Shown: positions 10,570 to 21,534, counted from the first letter of the stretch. The stretch: DNA of 64,000 bases from an uncultured Acidobacteriota bacterium (GCA_963779415.1 CAVZYA010000001.1:704001-768000); one strand, 5' to 3'. A program made the numbers and translations. Notes: generated by a model from the sequence alone, not told the origin.

Positions 10570-11475
10570 TCAGGAATCCCCTCTCTCGACAACGGCATCG
10601 GCCCAGGTCTTTTTGCCGTCCCCCTTGATGTGCGGAGCCGACCAGGAGATCGGCAGCAGCAGGAGCTTCCCCACTTTCTTGTCGTACTTCCCGTCGAGAT
10701 TCGGGGCGTCGTCCCAGCGGACGGAATGCCAGGTGAAGTACTTGGCGAAAAAGTGCGTCATGTGACTCCAAGGCAGATAGGCGAGGAAGAGACCGAGAAG
10801 CAGAACCTGCGCGGCGAACCAGGCCGGGATGCCGGTCACGGGCGTGAAGGTCACGAGCCCGTGCGCGAACGTCGCGGCCACGACGAGCTGCGGATCCGCC
10901 CAGAGGAGGCTTCCCCAGGAAGCAAAAAAGACCGCCAGGAGCAGCTCGAGGTGGAGAAAGTCTGCCGGTGTCGACGCCCGACGCAGGCCGGGACTCAGAG
11001 CGCGGCGCGCGAGCAGGCCCAGGCTGCCGAGGGTAGCCAGGGTGAGGCCGACGCCGCACCAGAGGGCCAGCACACGCCCCCCGCCGAGGCGCCAGAGTCC
11101 CGGAAGGCCGCGTACGCCCGGGATCGCGCCGACGAAGAGAGCCCCCCCCAGGCCGAAGAGCAGATAAAGGCCGTAGTGGAAGAGCAGCGAAGGGAGCCAG
11201 AGGCCGGGGTTGTGCTCCCTCACCTGCTTCAGGGTCAGCACCTCCTCGGCGATGGTCTTTACCTCGCCCAGCTTCGACACCTCCCGTGGCTTGGTCCACC
11301 AGTCCAATTCCTCGAAATACGATCCGCCGTAAGCCGCCTTCCCCTTTTCGTGGGCCACGGGGTAGAGCTCCCACCGCAGATGCTGCGGCATCCGGGCGTA
11401 GTGGACCGCCTTGTAGAGGCACCCCCCTACGAACCCGAGGAACGCGAGAGCAGCCAGAATCTGGACCAGTCCCAT
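10570..11475 (-). CDS. DsrM/NarI-like membrane cytochrome b (DsrM2)
   Basis: ATG 11475 with GGAGGAGG RBS; HLRWELYPVAHE, about 5 TM helices, FHYGLY, YLPWSHMTHFF; coupled to DsrK-like gene. Confidence 0.8.
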   Translation of the reverse strand: MGLVQILAALAFLGFVGGCLYKAVHYARMPQHLRWELYPVAHEKGKAAYGGSYFEELDWWTKPREVSKLGEVKTIAEEVLTLKQVREHNPGLWLPSLLFHYGLYLLFGLGGALFVGAIPGVRGLPGLWRLGGGRVLALWCGVGLTLATLGSLGLLARRALSPGLRRASTPADFLHLELLLAVFFASWGSLLWADPQLVVAATFAHGLVTFTPVTGIPAWFAAQVLLLGLFLAYLPWSHMTHFFAKYFTWHSVRWDDAPNLDGKYDKKVGKLLLLPISWSAPHIKGDGKKTWADAVVERGDS

Positions 11476-11686
11476 CTCGAACCCTCCTCCTCGGGCGACC
11501 CGAGCGCCCGGTCTCAGGGCGACGTGCCATGAGATCTTCATGCCAGCGTCAGGTTCCGCGCAAGGGAGAGGATCGATCGCGGCGGCGGCCACCCGCGGGG
11601 CACGCGGCTTCTTCCTGTCGGGCCGAGAGACGTCTTCGTGAGAATCCGATGCCGGCTCCGACCGTCGCGGGAGACCGCCGCGCCCG

Positions 11687-11721
11687 GTCACGGCGATGTA
11701 ACCGTTTCCGATCGGTAACGG
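11687..11721. promoter_or_regulatory. GTCAC-N6-GTAAC plus near-perfect palindrome CCGTTTCCGATCGGTAACGG in divergent dsrM2/aprB intergenic region
   Basis: GTCAC 11687, GTAAC 11698, palindrome 11702-11721 with one mismatched pair. Confidence 0.5.
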
Positions 11722-11868
11722 CACCAAGATTCGTCTCAAGTGGCTTCGCGGCCCGCAATTGAAGGGGCGGAGACGCCGGACGGGCCCGTTTCAACGAGAT
11801 CGCGCATTCCGGAAGGTCTCGGGGGCCTTTCTCTCTCCATCTACGCGGGTTGTCCGTATCGGCGTCCG

Positions 11869-11884
11869 TGGCACATGGATTGCG
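11869..11884 (+). promoter_or_regulatory. Putative sigma-54 promoter of aprBA-qmoABC-sat
   Basis: TGGCACATGGATTGCG, near-consensus TGGCAC-N5-TTGC, 150 bp upstream of aprB. Confidence 0.8.
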
Positions 11885-12033
11885 GAGCCTGCCGATCCGG
11901 AGAGTGTTCGCCGGCTCTCCGAAATTCTGCGCGGGAGGTGATGAAAGAGGCACGGATGAGAACGCGGCCCTCGGCGGTGGATCGACCGCCAGATATTTCA
12001 GCGAGCCCTCGAGGCCTTAAGGAGGAGTTATAG

Positions 12034-12471
12034 ATGCCCAGTTTCGTGAACCCGGAAAAATGCGACGGGTGCAAGGCGCTTGACAAGACCGCCTGCCAGT
12101 ACATCTGCCCGAACGACCTCATGGTCCTCAACAAGGAGACCATGAAGGCCTACAACCAGGAGCCGGAGATGTGCTGGGAGTGCTACAACTGCGTCAAGAT
12201 CTGCCCCACCCAGGCGGTTGACGTGCGCGGTTACGCGGACTTCGTCCCGATGGGCGCTTCGGTGGTCCCCCTGCGCTCCACCGACAGCATCATGTGGACG
12301 GTGAAGTTCCGCAACGGCACGATCAAGCGCTTCAAGTTCCCCATCCGCAGCACACCCGAGGGCCAGGCGAAACCCGATGGCGGCTTCAACGGTGCGCCGC
12401 CGATCGATGGGCCGGTCCTCTTCACCGAACCCGATTCCCTCGGCCTGCCCGCCGTGTGGACGAAAGCCTGA
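12034..12471 (+). CDS. aprB: Adenylylsulfate reductase beta subunit
   Basis: MPSFVNPEKCDGCKALDKTACQYICP...CWECYNCVKICP...VRGYADF; AAGGAGG RBS. Confidence 0.98.
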   Translation: MPSFVNPEKCDGCKALDKTACQYICPNDLMVLNKETMKAYNQEPEMCWECYNCVKICPTQAVDVRGYADFVPMGASVVPLRSTDSIMWTVKFRNGTIKRFKFPIRSTPEGQAKPDGGFNGAPPIDGPVLFTEPDSLGLPAVWTKA

Positions 12472-12481
12472 GGAGGCGGAC

Positions 12482-14389
12482 ATGGCAGACTTCAAAACCG
12501 TTCAGGTCGAAACCGATCTGCTCATCCTCGGTGGCGGAATGGCCGCGTGCGGCGCCGCCGTCGAGGCGGCGTACTGGGGGAAGAAGCACGGCCTCAAGGT
12601 GACGCTCGTCGACAAGGCCGCGGTGGATCGCTCGGGCGCCGTCGCCATGGGACTCTCCGCCATCAACCAGTACGTCGGTCTCAAGGATGGCCAGAACACT
12701 ATCAAGGACTACGTCGACTACGTTCGAAACGATCTCATGGGTGTCACCCGTGAGGACCTCGTGGCCAACATCGCCCGACACGTGGACTCCTCGGTCCACC
12801 TGTTCGAGAAGTGGGGACTCCCGATCTGGAAGGACGAGAAAGGCGCATACGTCCACGAAGGCCGCTGGCAGCTGATGATCAACGGCGAGTCGTACAAGGT
12901 CGTCGTGGCCGAGGCCGCCAAGAACGCGATCGGCAAGGAGAACATCTACGAGCGCGTCTTCATCGTCGGCCCCATCCTCGAAGACGGGCGGTGCGTCGGC
13001 GCGTACGGCTTCTCCGTACGCGAGAACACCTTCTACGTCTTCAAGGCGAAGGCGGTCATTACCGCCATGGGCGGCGCCGTCCACGTCTTCAAGCCGAGGT
13101 CTTCCGGCGAAGGCCAGGGGCGCGCTTGGTATCCGCCCTGGAACGCCGGCGCCTCCGCGTACTTCACCCTCAAGGCAGGGGCCGAAATGACCTGCCAGGA
13201 GGTCCGATTCATCCCGGTCCGGTTCAAGGACGCCTACGGCCCGGTCGGCGCCTGGTTCCTGCTGTTCAAGTCCCGCGCCACGAACGGGCTAGGCGAGAAC
13301 TACATGGAGACGCGCAAGGCCGAGCTCGACAACTGGAAGCCGTACGGGCACGTCAAGCCGGTCCCGGCGAACCTCCGCAACTACCTCATGCTGCTGGACG
13401 TCATGGAGGGCAAGGGCCCGATCTCCATGCGGACCGAGGAGGCGATCCAGAAGATCGCCGCGGGCGCAGGGGACGAGAAGGCAGCCAAGAAGAAGCTCAA
13501 GGAGCTGGAGTCCGAGGCCTGGGAAGACTTCCTCGACATGACGATCTCCCAGGCCATCCTCTGGGCGGCCTCGAACGTGTCGCCGGAGGAGAAGGCGTCC
13601 GAAATCGCGGCGGCGGAGCCGTACTTCATCGGCTCACACTCCGGCGCCTCCGGCGCCTGGGTGTCGGGTCCCGAGGATCTCGCCCCCAAGGATTACTTCT
13701 GGGGCTACGACAACATGTCCACCGTGCGCGGCCTCTTCTGCGCCGGCGACGCCTCGGGCGCCTCGTCGCACAAGTTCTCTTCCGGCTCGCACGCGGAAGG
13801 GCGGATCGCCGCCAAGGCGGCTGTCCGGTTCATCGTCAAGGAGAAGATCGCGGCCCCCAAGGTGGACGCGGCGAAGATCGATCAGCTCAAGGCAGAGGTT
13901 CTGAAGCCGCTGAAGACCTTCGAGGAGTTCAAGGGCGCCACGACGCAGACCGACGTCAACCCCAATTACATCCGACCCAAAATGTTCCAGATGCGCCTGC
14001 AGAAGCTGATGGACGAGTACGCGGGGGGCGTGACAACGCAGTTCACCACCTCCGAGGTGCTTCTCAAGAGGGGCCTGGAGCTGCTCGCGTTCCTCAAGGA
14101 AGACTCGGCGAAGCTGGGCGCTTCCGATCTCCACGAGCTGATGCGCTGCTGGGAGAACGTTCACCGCATGTACCAGGCCGAGGCCCACGTCCGTTCGATC
14201 CTCTTCCGCGAGGAGACGCGCTGGCCCGGCTATTACTTCCGCTCCGACAAGCCCCGGATGGACGAGAAGAACTGGCACGTGTTCGTGAACTGCCGTCTCA
14301 ACGCCACGACCAACGAGTGGGAGATGACCAAGCGACCCATCGTTCATTCGTTCTCGAAGCCCGGGGAGCAGGAGCTCCTCGGTGGCTGA
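12482..14389 (+). CDS. aprA: Adenylylsulfate reductase alpha subunit
   Basis: RSGAVAMGLSAIN, WQLMINGESYK, RFKDAYGPVGAWFL, EDFLDM, HKFSSGSHAEGR, EETRWPGYY. Confidence 0.98.
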   Translation: MADFKTVQVETDLLILGGGMAACGAAVEAAYWGKKHGLKVTLVDKAAVDRSGAVAMGLSAINQYVGLKDGQNTIKDYVDYVRNDLMGVTREDLVANIARHVDSSVHLFEKWGLPIWKDEKGAYVHEGRWQLMINGESYKVVVAEAAKNAIGKENIYERVFIVGPILEDGRCVGAYGFSVRENTFYVFKAKAVITAMGGAVHVFKPRSSGEGQGRAWYPPWNAGASAYFTLKAGAEMTCQEVRFIPVRFKDAYGPVGAWFLLFKSRATNGLGENYMETRKAELDNWKPYGHVKPVPANLRNYLMLLDVMEGKGPISMRTEEAIQKIAAGAGDEKAAKKKLKELESEAWEDFLDMTISQAILWAASNVSPEEKASEIAAAEPYFIGSHSGASGAWVSGPEDLAPKDYFWGYDNMSTVRGLFCAGDASGASSHKFSSGSHAEGRIAAKAAVRFIVKEKIAAPKVDAAKIDQLKAEVLKPLKTFEEFKGATTQTDVNPNYIRPKMFQMRLQKLMDEYAGGVTTQFTTSEVLLKRGLELLAFLKEDSAKLGASDLHELMRCWENVHRMYQAEAHVRSILFREETRWPGYYFRSDKPRMDEKNWHVFVNCRLNATTNEWEMTKRPIVHSFSKPGEQELLGG

Positions 14390-14402
14390 TTCCGGTTCTG
14401 TC

Positions 14403-14438
14403 GGCCCCGGGCGCCGCGAAGTGCCCGGGGCCTCTTTT
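14403..14438 (+). terminator. Hairpin plus short U-tract after aprA (terminator or mRNA-stabilising stem)
   Basis: GGCCCCGGGCGC-cgcgaa-GTGCCCGGGGCC-TCTTTT. Confidence 0.6.
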
Positions 14439-14454
14439 CCCGAGCGAGGTGGGT

Positions 14455-14799
14455 GTGTCTTCAAACAGCCCTGTTCTCACGTGTCCGCACTGCCTGCAAA
14501 CCCTGACGCCGTTTTCGCTTCCCGAGGCGGGCGGCTGGGACACCCCCTTCCAGCTCGCCTGCTTCAACGACGACTGCGCGTACTACGTCCGCGGCTGGAC
14601 GTGGATGGAAGAGCAGTTCGGCGTGAAGAGCTCGTATCGCCATCGCCTCGATCCCGCGTCCGGAACGACCTCTCCGCTCCCGGTCTGGTCGCCGACGGCG
14701 ATCCGCGACCGGATCCTCGAGGCTGACGTGGATGTCGCCGGAGCCGGCGACGCCGACGTGATCCCCGGTGAGGGCGGAAAGAAAGGGAACAAGACATGA
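14455..14799 (+). CDS. Small zinc-ribbon-like protein
   Basis: GTG start; CPHC...W...ACFNDDCAYYVRGW..M...SYR; stop overlaps next ATG. Confidence 0.7.
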   Translation: MSSNSPVLTCPHCLQTLTPFSLPEAGGWDTPFQLACFNDDCAYYVRGWTWMEEQFGVKSSYRHRLDPASGTTSPLPVWSPTAIRDRILEADVDVAGAGDADVIPGEGGKKGNKT

Positions 14800-15584
14800 G
14801 CACGGAGGCCTGCGCCCTTCCCGAGGGTCTGAAGAAACAGAGGCAGCTCGGGAGTGACGAGCCGTTCCGTTTTTCCTGCCACCCGGGCGTGGCCTGCTTC
14901 AACCGCTGCTGCGCCGACGTGAACATCCTCCTGACCCCGCTCGACGTCCTCCGGCTGGCTCGCCGGCGGGGCATGACGACGAAGGAGTTTCTCGACCGGC
15001 ACACTCTCACCCCGATCACGAAGGAGCTTCACCTCCCGCTCGTGATCCTCCGGATGAACGAAGACGAGGGGAAGCGCTGCCCCTTCGTCGGCCCGGAGGG
15101 CTGCACGGTCTACGAAGACCGGCCCTGGGCCTGCCGGATGTATCCGGTTGGGGTGGCGCTCCCGCCGGCCCGCGCGGGTGTGGAGCCGGAGCCGGTCTCC
15201 TTCCTCTTCGAGGACGACTTCTGTCTCGGCCGCGAGGAGGCCCGGCTCTGGACGGTCCCCGCATGGCGGGGCGATCAGCGGGTGGAGGAGCAGGAAGAGA
15301 TCGAAGCGGGATTCCGGGAGATCGTCGGCCATCCCTGGTTCATCGGAGGTCGGCAGCTCGACCCGAAGCGGATGGAGATGTTCTTCATCGCCTGCTACGA
15401 CCTCGATACCTTCCGCCGTCTCGTCTTCCATTCGACCTTTCTCGACCGTTTCGCGGTAGCGCCGGACGTCGTGGAGCGGATGAAAAAGGACGACATCGAG
15501 CTCCTCCGTTTCTCGTTCCGCTGGCTGAAATTCGCTCTCTTCGGCGAGCCCACGATCACGGTCAAGGAGGGGAGGCCGTCATGA
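14796..15584 (+). CDS. YkgJ-family Cys-cluster (zinc/iron-chelating) protein
   Basis: FSCHPGVACFNRCC...CPFV...CTVYEDRPWACRMYP. Confidence 0.8.
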   Translation: MSTEACALPEGLKKQRQLGSDEPFRFSCHPGVACFNRCCADVNILLTPLDVLRLARRRGMTTKEFLDRHTLTPITKELHLPLVILRMNEDEGKRCPFVGPEGCTVYEDRPWACRMYPVGVALPPARAGVEPEPVSFLFEDDFCLGREEARLWTVPAWRGDQRVEEQEEIEAGFREIVGHPWFIGGRQLDPKRMEMFFIACYDLDTFRRLVFHSTFLDRFAVAPDVVERMKKDDIELLRFSFRWLKFALFGEPTITVKEGRPS

Positions 15585-16833
15585 CGGTGCAGCACCCCAA
15601 GCCGATGCTGGTGGTCGGGGCGGGAATCGCCGGCATCACCGCCGCGCTCGAGGCGTCGGAAGCGGGGCGGGAGGTCCTTCTCGTAGAGCGGGAGCCTGCG
15701 GTCGGGGGCCGCGTCCTCAGAAGCTACCACTACTTTCCCAAGCTCTGCCCCCCCTCCTGCGGCATGGAGATCAATACCCGAAGGCTCGAGCGGAACCCCC
15801 GCGTGAAGGTCATGACCGGCTGCCGGGTGACGAAAGCCGCCGTCTCGGACGGCGGCTGGCATGTCACGCTGACCCACTCCCCCGCCTTCGTCAACGAGCA
15901 ATGCACGGCCTGCGGCGACTGCAGCAAGGTCTGTCCGGCGAAGGTCCCCGATCCATTCAACCTGGGAATGAACGAGGCTCCGGCCGTGCGGCTGCCGTTT
16001 CCGAACGCCTGGCCTCGCCGCTTCACGCTGGACCGCCCGGCCTGCCCTCCCGGCTGCCGGGCCTGCGTCGATGCGTGCACGTACAAGGCGATCGACCTCG
16101 CGGCGACGGAGCGCGAGGAGAGCGTGGACGTGGGGGCGGTGGTCATCGCGACCGGATGGCACCCCTACCCGCTGGAAAAGCTTTCGGAGCTGGGAGGAGG
16201 GCTCTTCCCGGACGTGATTCGAACGTCCAGATGGAGCGGCTCGCATCTCCCTCGGGACCGACGGGCGGCAGGATCCTCCGCCCGTCCGACGGGAAGCCGC
16301 CGAAGCATGTGGCTTTCGTCCAGTGCGCCGGGTCGCGGGACGTCAAGCACCTCCCTTACTGCTCGTCGGTCTGCTGCCTCGCCTCGCTCAAGCAGGCGCT
16401 CTACGTCCACGAGCAGCTCCCCGAGACGGAGGTGAGCATCTACTACATCGACCGCCGCACCCCGGGGCGCAACGAGGAGATGCTCACGAAAGTCGCCGCG
16501 ACGAGCGGCGTCAAGCTGATCAAGGGAAAGGTGGGCAAGGTGGAGAAGGGCGACGACGGCGGACTCCGCCTGCGCCTGGAGGACGTCGCCAGCGGACGCC
16601 TCCTCTCGGCCGGTGCGGACCTCGTCGTCCTCGCCACCGGCATGGTCCCCAATCTCTCCGCCGATGCCCTTCCCTTCCCGGTCACCCGGGACGACGACGG
16701 CTTCTGCCTCGACAGCCCGGAATCGAGTCTCTGCGTCGCCGGCGTGGCCCGGCGCCCCGAGGACGTCGCCGCCTCGGTGCGGGACGCCACCGGGGCCGCC
16801 GCGAAGGCCTTCGTGGCCGGAAGGAGGGCGTGA
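15581..16833 (+). CDS. qmoA: QmoA (HdrA-like flavoprotein); frameshift at about 16220
   Basis: VVGAGIAG, YFPKLCPPSCG, CTACGDCSKVCP, then in another frame NVQMERL, FVQCAGSRD...YCSSVCC. Confidence 0.9.
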
Positions 16834-19077
16834 TGCAGCGCCCCGGCGTCTTCCTCTGCAGCGGCTGCGGCATCGGCGAAGCCATCAAGCTCGATGGTCT
16901 CGCCGAAGCGGCGGAGCTCGGAAAGATCCCCTGCACGATCCACCCCTGCCTCTGCGCTCCCGAGCCGGTCGCGGCGATGCGCGCCGCCGTGGAGAGCGGC
17001 GAGCTGGACGCGCTCCTCGTGGGAGCCTGTTCGCCGCGCGCCAAAGTCGCCGAGTTCCGCTTCGACCCCGAGAAGGCCGCCGTGGAGCGGGTCGCGCTGA
17101 GAGAGCAGGTGGCCTGGTCACACCCGGCGGGCGCGGATGACACCCAACTGCTGGCCGAGGACCTTCTCCGGATGGGGCACGCACGGCTCCAGAGAATCTC
17201 TCCGCCGAAGCCTTTCGCCGAAAACATCGAACGGACGATCCTGATCGTGGGAGGCGGCGTGGCCGGCCTTTCGGCCGCACAGGCCGCCGCCGGAGCGGGC
17301 CACCCGGTCGTCCTCGTCGAGTCGACCGAGCGGCTGGGAGGGCATCTCGCCGAGGGTAAAGACGTGGTGCCGGAGCGGCCCCCGTACGACGCCCCGCAGC
17401 CGAACCAGGTTTCGGAGCTGATCGGCAAGGTGGCGGCTCATCCGGCCGTCCGGGTCTTCACATCGACCCGGATCCGGGAGATCAACGGGCAGCCCGGTCA
17501 GTTCAAGGTGGAACTCCAGACGCCGGGAGGCGTGGAGGCCTTCACCGCCGGTGCCATCGTTCAGGCGACCGGAGCCCACCCCTACGACGCGAAGAAGCTC
17601 TCCCATCTCGGATACGGCGTCTCGCCGAACGTGGTCACGTCCCACGAGCTGGAGGCGATGCTCAAGGAGGGGAAGCTCCGGCGGCCTTCCGACGGGAAGC
17701 TTCCCGGGAGAATCGTCTTCGTCCAGTGCGCCGGATCTCGCGACCCGGCACACCTTTCCTACTGCTCCGCCGACTGCTGCGGGACCACCCTGAAGCAGGT
17801 CGCGGTGATCGGACGCGACTTTCCGGATGTGGAATGCGCCGTCGTCTACAAGGACATCCGGACCCCCGGAACGCTCGAACATTTCTACCGGTCCGTCCAG
17901 GACCACCCGGGGCGCCTCTTCGCCCGGGGGGAAGTGGAGAAGGTCGAAGGGAACGGCCATCTCACCGTCCGGCTGCGCGAGAGCCTTCTCGGCGACGCCT
18001 GCGACCTCTCGGCCGACCTCGTCGTCCTGGCAGTGGGGATGGTGCCCAACTCCGCCGACGGCGAGGCGATCCGCACACTCCACGACGCCCAGCGGCGAGC
18101 CGAGCGCGGCGAATCGGAGACACAGCGGGAAGAGGCGCGCAAGATTGCGGCCTCTCTCATCCAGCACGAAGGGACGGAGATCCTGAACCTGGGCTACCGC
18201 CAGGGACCGGACCTGCCGGTTCTCGCTTCCTCCTTCAACGACTCCCACTTCATCTGCTTCCCGTACGAGACCCGGAGGACCGGCATCTACGCCGCCGGTG
18301 CGCTGCGGGCTCCGATGGACGCCGCCCAGGCGACCGAGGACGGATGGGGCGCCGCGATGAAAGCGATCCAGGTCATCTCCGCGGCGGAACGGGGCGAGGC
18401 CGTTCACCCGCGATCGGGAGACCTCGGCATTCCCGATTTCTTCATGCAACGGTGCACGCAATGCAAGCGCTGCACCGAGGAGTGCCCGTTCGGAATGCTC
18501 AACGAGGACGAGAAGGGGACGCCCCAGCTCAACCCGCTCCGGTGCCGCCGCTGCGGCATCTGCATGGGCGCCTGTCCCGAGCGGATCATCTCCTTCCCGG
18601 ACTACTCCGTGGACATCGTGGCCAGCATGATCAAGGCGATGAGCGTCCCGGACGAGTCCGAGGAGAAACCCCGGATCGTCGCGCTGATGTGCGAGAACGA
18701 CGCGATCCCCGCCCTCGACGCCGCCGCCGCCATGCGCAAGAGCTGGAACCCGTGGGTGCGCGTCATCCCGATACGCTGCCTCGGCTCGACCAACATCGTC
18801 TGGATCGCCGACGCGCTCTCCCGCGGGATCGACGGCGTCATGCTCGTCGGCTGCAAGTCGGGCGACGACTACCAATGCCACTATGTGCGCGGCTCCCAGC
18901 TCGCCCAGACCCGGCTTACGAACGTGCAGGAGACGCTGACCCGCCTCGCCCTCGAGCCGGAACGGATCAAGGTTGTGGAGCTCTCTCACGACGAATTCGA
19001 CCGCATTCCCGGAGGTCCTCGACGCCTTCTCGAAAACGATCGAGGATCTCGGCCCGAACCCGCTGAAGGGGTTCTGA
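16833..19077 (+). CDS. qmoB: QmoB (HdrA/MvhD fusion); frameshift at about 19010
   Basis: CSGCGIG, LREQVAWSH, FVQCAGSRD, HFICFPYETRRTGIY, CTQCKRCTEECPFG, MvhD-like CENDA...RCLGS...GDDYQCH; corrected C-terminus GPNPLKGF*. Confidence 0.92.
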
Positions 19078-19087
19078 GGGGGGCGCC

Positions 19088-20209
19088 ATGTCGACACTCC
19101 CCGCGATCCTTCCCTCCGCCGAATTCCGGACGGAGCTGGCGCGCCGCGGCGGCGCCACCGCCACCCGCTGTTACCAATGTGCCACCTGCTCGGCGGTCTG
19201 CGAGCTGGCCCCGGACAACGCTCCCTTCCCCCGCCGTCAGATGCTCCTCGTCCAGTGGGGCCTCGAGGCGCAGGTCGCCGCCGATCCCGCCGTCTGGCTC
19301 TGCCACCAGTGCAACGACTGCACCGAGCGATGCCCGCGCGACGCCCGCCCCGGCGACGTTCTTCAGGCGGTCCGGAGCCTGGCCGTCGAAAAGCTCGCCT
19401 TCCCGCCAGCCATGGGACGGCTGGTCGGCCGTGCCGCCACCACGTGGCCGCTCCTCCTGGCGATTCCGATCATCTTCTGGCTTGCCCTTCTCGCCGGCAC
19501 CGGGCACCTCGCCCTTCCCGCCGACTTCCAGGCCTACGAACAGCTCGTCCCGCACGCGTTCATTTACGGGGTCTTCTTCCCCGTGGCCGCGTGGGTCGTC
19601 CTGGCGAGCTGGGTGAGCGGGCGCCGGTTCTGGGCGACCCTGGGAGCCGCCTCGCCGCGCTCCGGCACGTTTCTCGGGAACCTGATTCCCGTTCTCGGCG
19701 AGATCGCGAGTCACAAGCGATTCCGTTCGTGCGGCGCGGCCCGGCCCCGCTTCGCCAGCCATTTCCTCCTCCTCTGGGGCTTCGTCGGCGCGGCGGTCAC
19801 CTCGGGCCTCCTGATCGTCGGCATCTACGTCCAGAAGCTGCCGATGCCGCTCGCCCTCTCGCATCCGTACAAGATCCTGGGCAACCTGTCGGCGGTTCTG
19901 CTGGTCATCGGGGGAACCTGGCTCGTCGTCAACCGCCTCGGACACCGGGCCGCGTCCGGTGCGTCGACGGCCTTCGACACGTACTTTCTCACGATCGTGG
20001 CCCTCGTCATCGTCACCGGCGTCCTGAGCGAGGTGGCCCGCCTCGCCTTCTCGAAGGAGTTCGCTTTCGCCCTCTACATCACCCACCTCGGAGTGGTGCT
20101 CAACCTCTTCCTCACCTTCCCGTACTCAAAATTCGCCCACCTTCTCTACCGCTCCCTCGCAATGGTGCACCAGCGCATGGTCGAAGCGGCAGAACCGACT
20201 CACCTCTGA
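19088..20209 (+). CDS. qmoC: QmoC membrane subunit
   Basis: CYQCATCSAVC, FPRRQML, WLCHQCNDCTERCPR, TM helices, PYSKFAH. Confidence 0.93.
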   Translation: MSTLPAILPSAEFRTELARRGGATATRCYQCATCSAVCELAPDNAPFPRRQMLLVQWGLEAQVAADPAVWLCHQCNDCTERCPRDARPGDVLQAVRSLAVEKLAFPPAMGRLVGRAATTWPLLLAIPIIFWLALLAGTGHLALPADFQAYEQLVPHAFIYGVFFPVAAWVVLASWVSGRRFWATLGAASPRSGTFLGNLIPVLGEIASHKRFRSCGAARPRFASHFLLLWGFVGAAVTSGLLIVGIYVQKLPMPLALSHPYKILGNLSAVLLVIGGTWLVVNRLGHRAASGASTAFDTYFLTIVALVIVTGVLSEVARLAFSKEFAFALYITHLGVVLNLFLTFPYSKFAHLLYRSLAMVHQRMVEAAEPTHL

Positions 20210-20236
20210 GAGAGCCCAGGAAAGGAGAACGATTCG

Positions 20237-21502
20237 ATGTCAAAACTCGTACCGCCTCATGGAAGCCGGACGCTCAAGCCGCTTCTTCTGGAAGGCAAGG
20301 CGCTGCAGGAGGAGATCCTCAAGGCGCGCACCCTCAAGAAGGTCCCCATGACGAGCCGGGAGACTTCGGACCTCATCATGATGGGGATCGGCGCCTTCAC
20401 GCCCCTCACGGGTTTCATGGGCTACGATGACTGGAAGCGCTGCTGCGACTCGTACCAGCTCCCATCCGCCAAGAACCTCTTCTGGCCCATCCCGATCACG
20501 CTCTCGGCCGAGCCCGCGCTCGCCGACACGATCAAGATCCGTGACGAGGTCGCCCTCTGGGACACCGAGACCGATGCCCTTATGGGCACGATGACGGTGA
20601 CCGAGAAGTACGTCATCGACAAGGAGCACGAGTGCAAGCAGGTGTTCCGGACCGTCGACCCGAAGCACCCCGGGGTCGAGAAGGTGATGGCCCAGGCGCC
20701 GGTCAACCTGGCGGGACCGGTGAAGGTCGTCTCGGAGTCCTACTACCCGGAGATGTTCAAGGGGATCTACCAGCGCCCCGTCGAAGCGCGCAAGGTCTTC
20801 GAGGAGCGCGGCTGGACGACCGTGGCGGCCCTGCAGCTCCGGAACCCGATGCACGGCTCGCACGCCTACCTCGCGTGGATCGCCATCGAGGTCTGCGACG
20901 GCGTCTACATCCACCAGCTCGTCGGCAAGCTCAAGGAGGGGGACATCCCCGCCGAGGTGCGGGTCCGCGCCATCGATGCCCTCGTCAACAAGTATTTCCG
21001 GAAGGAGCGCGTCGTCCAGGGCGGGTATCCGATGGAGATGCGCTACGCGGGGCCGCGTGAGGCGCTGCTTCACGCCGTCTTCCGGCAGAATTACGGCTGC
21101 TCGCACCTGATCGTGGGGCGCGACCACGCCGGGGTGGGGGACTACTACGGTCCGTTCGACGCGCAGAAGATCTTCCACGAGATCCCCTCCGACGCCCTCA
21201 TCCTCAAGCCCCTCCCGCTCGACTGGACCTTCTACTGCTACGAGTGCGGGGCGATGGCATCGATGAAGACCTGTCCCCACGAGAGCAAGGCCGTCATCGA
21301 CGAGAACGGAAAGTACAAGGGGGGCGCGCGCCTGCTCCTCTCCGGCACCCTTCTCCGCAAGCTGATGAGCGAGGGAAAGCCGGTCCCGTCGGAGTTCTCG
21401 AAGCCGGAGGTCATCGCCATTCTGAAGGAGTACTACGACACCCTCGAGCAGAAGGTGGAGATCAAGCTGCACGGCCATGCCACCGGGGAGGCCAAGAAGT
21501 AG
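20237..21502 (+). CDS. sat: Sulfate adenylyltransferase
   Basis: [42 protein letters not shown], Zn motif CYEC...CPH. Confidence 0.97.
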   Translation: MSKLVPPHGSRTLKPLLLEGKALQEEILKARTLKKVPMTSRETSDLIMMGIGAFTPLTGFMGYDDWKRCCDSYQLPSAKNLFWPIPITLSAEPALADTIKIRDEVALWDTETDALMGTMTVTEKYVIDKEHECKQVFRTVDPKHPGVEKVMAQAPVNLAGPVKVVSESYYPEMFKGIYQRPVEARKVFEERGWTTVAALQLRNPMHGSHAYLAWIAIEVCDGVYIHQLVGKLKEGDIPAEVRVRAIDALVNKYFRKERVVQGGYPMEMRYAGPREALLHAVFRQNYGCSHLIVGRDHAGVGDYYGPFDAQKIFHEIPSDALILKPLPLDWTFYCYECGAMASMKTCPHESKAVIDENGKYKGGARLLLSGTLLRKLMSEGKPVPSEFSKPEVIAILKEYYDTLEQKVEIKLHGHATGEAKK

Positions 21503-21534
21503 AACCCGTCCAAAGACGGAAAGAGAGGCTGCCC

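Noticed and set aside
11515-11545. Sigma-54 promoter for dsrM2K2 (TGGCAC and TGGCAT on minus strand)
   Set aside because: Neither -24-like element has GC at the -12 position.
16323-19616. 1097-aa QmoB fusion
   Set aside because: N-terminal extension overlaps qmoA, and the C-terminal extension results from a single extra base near 19010.
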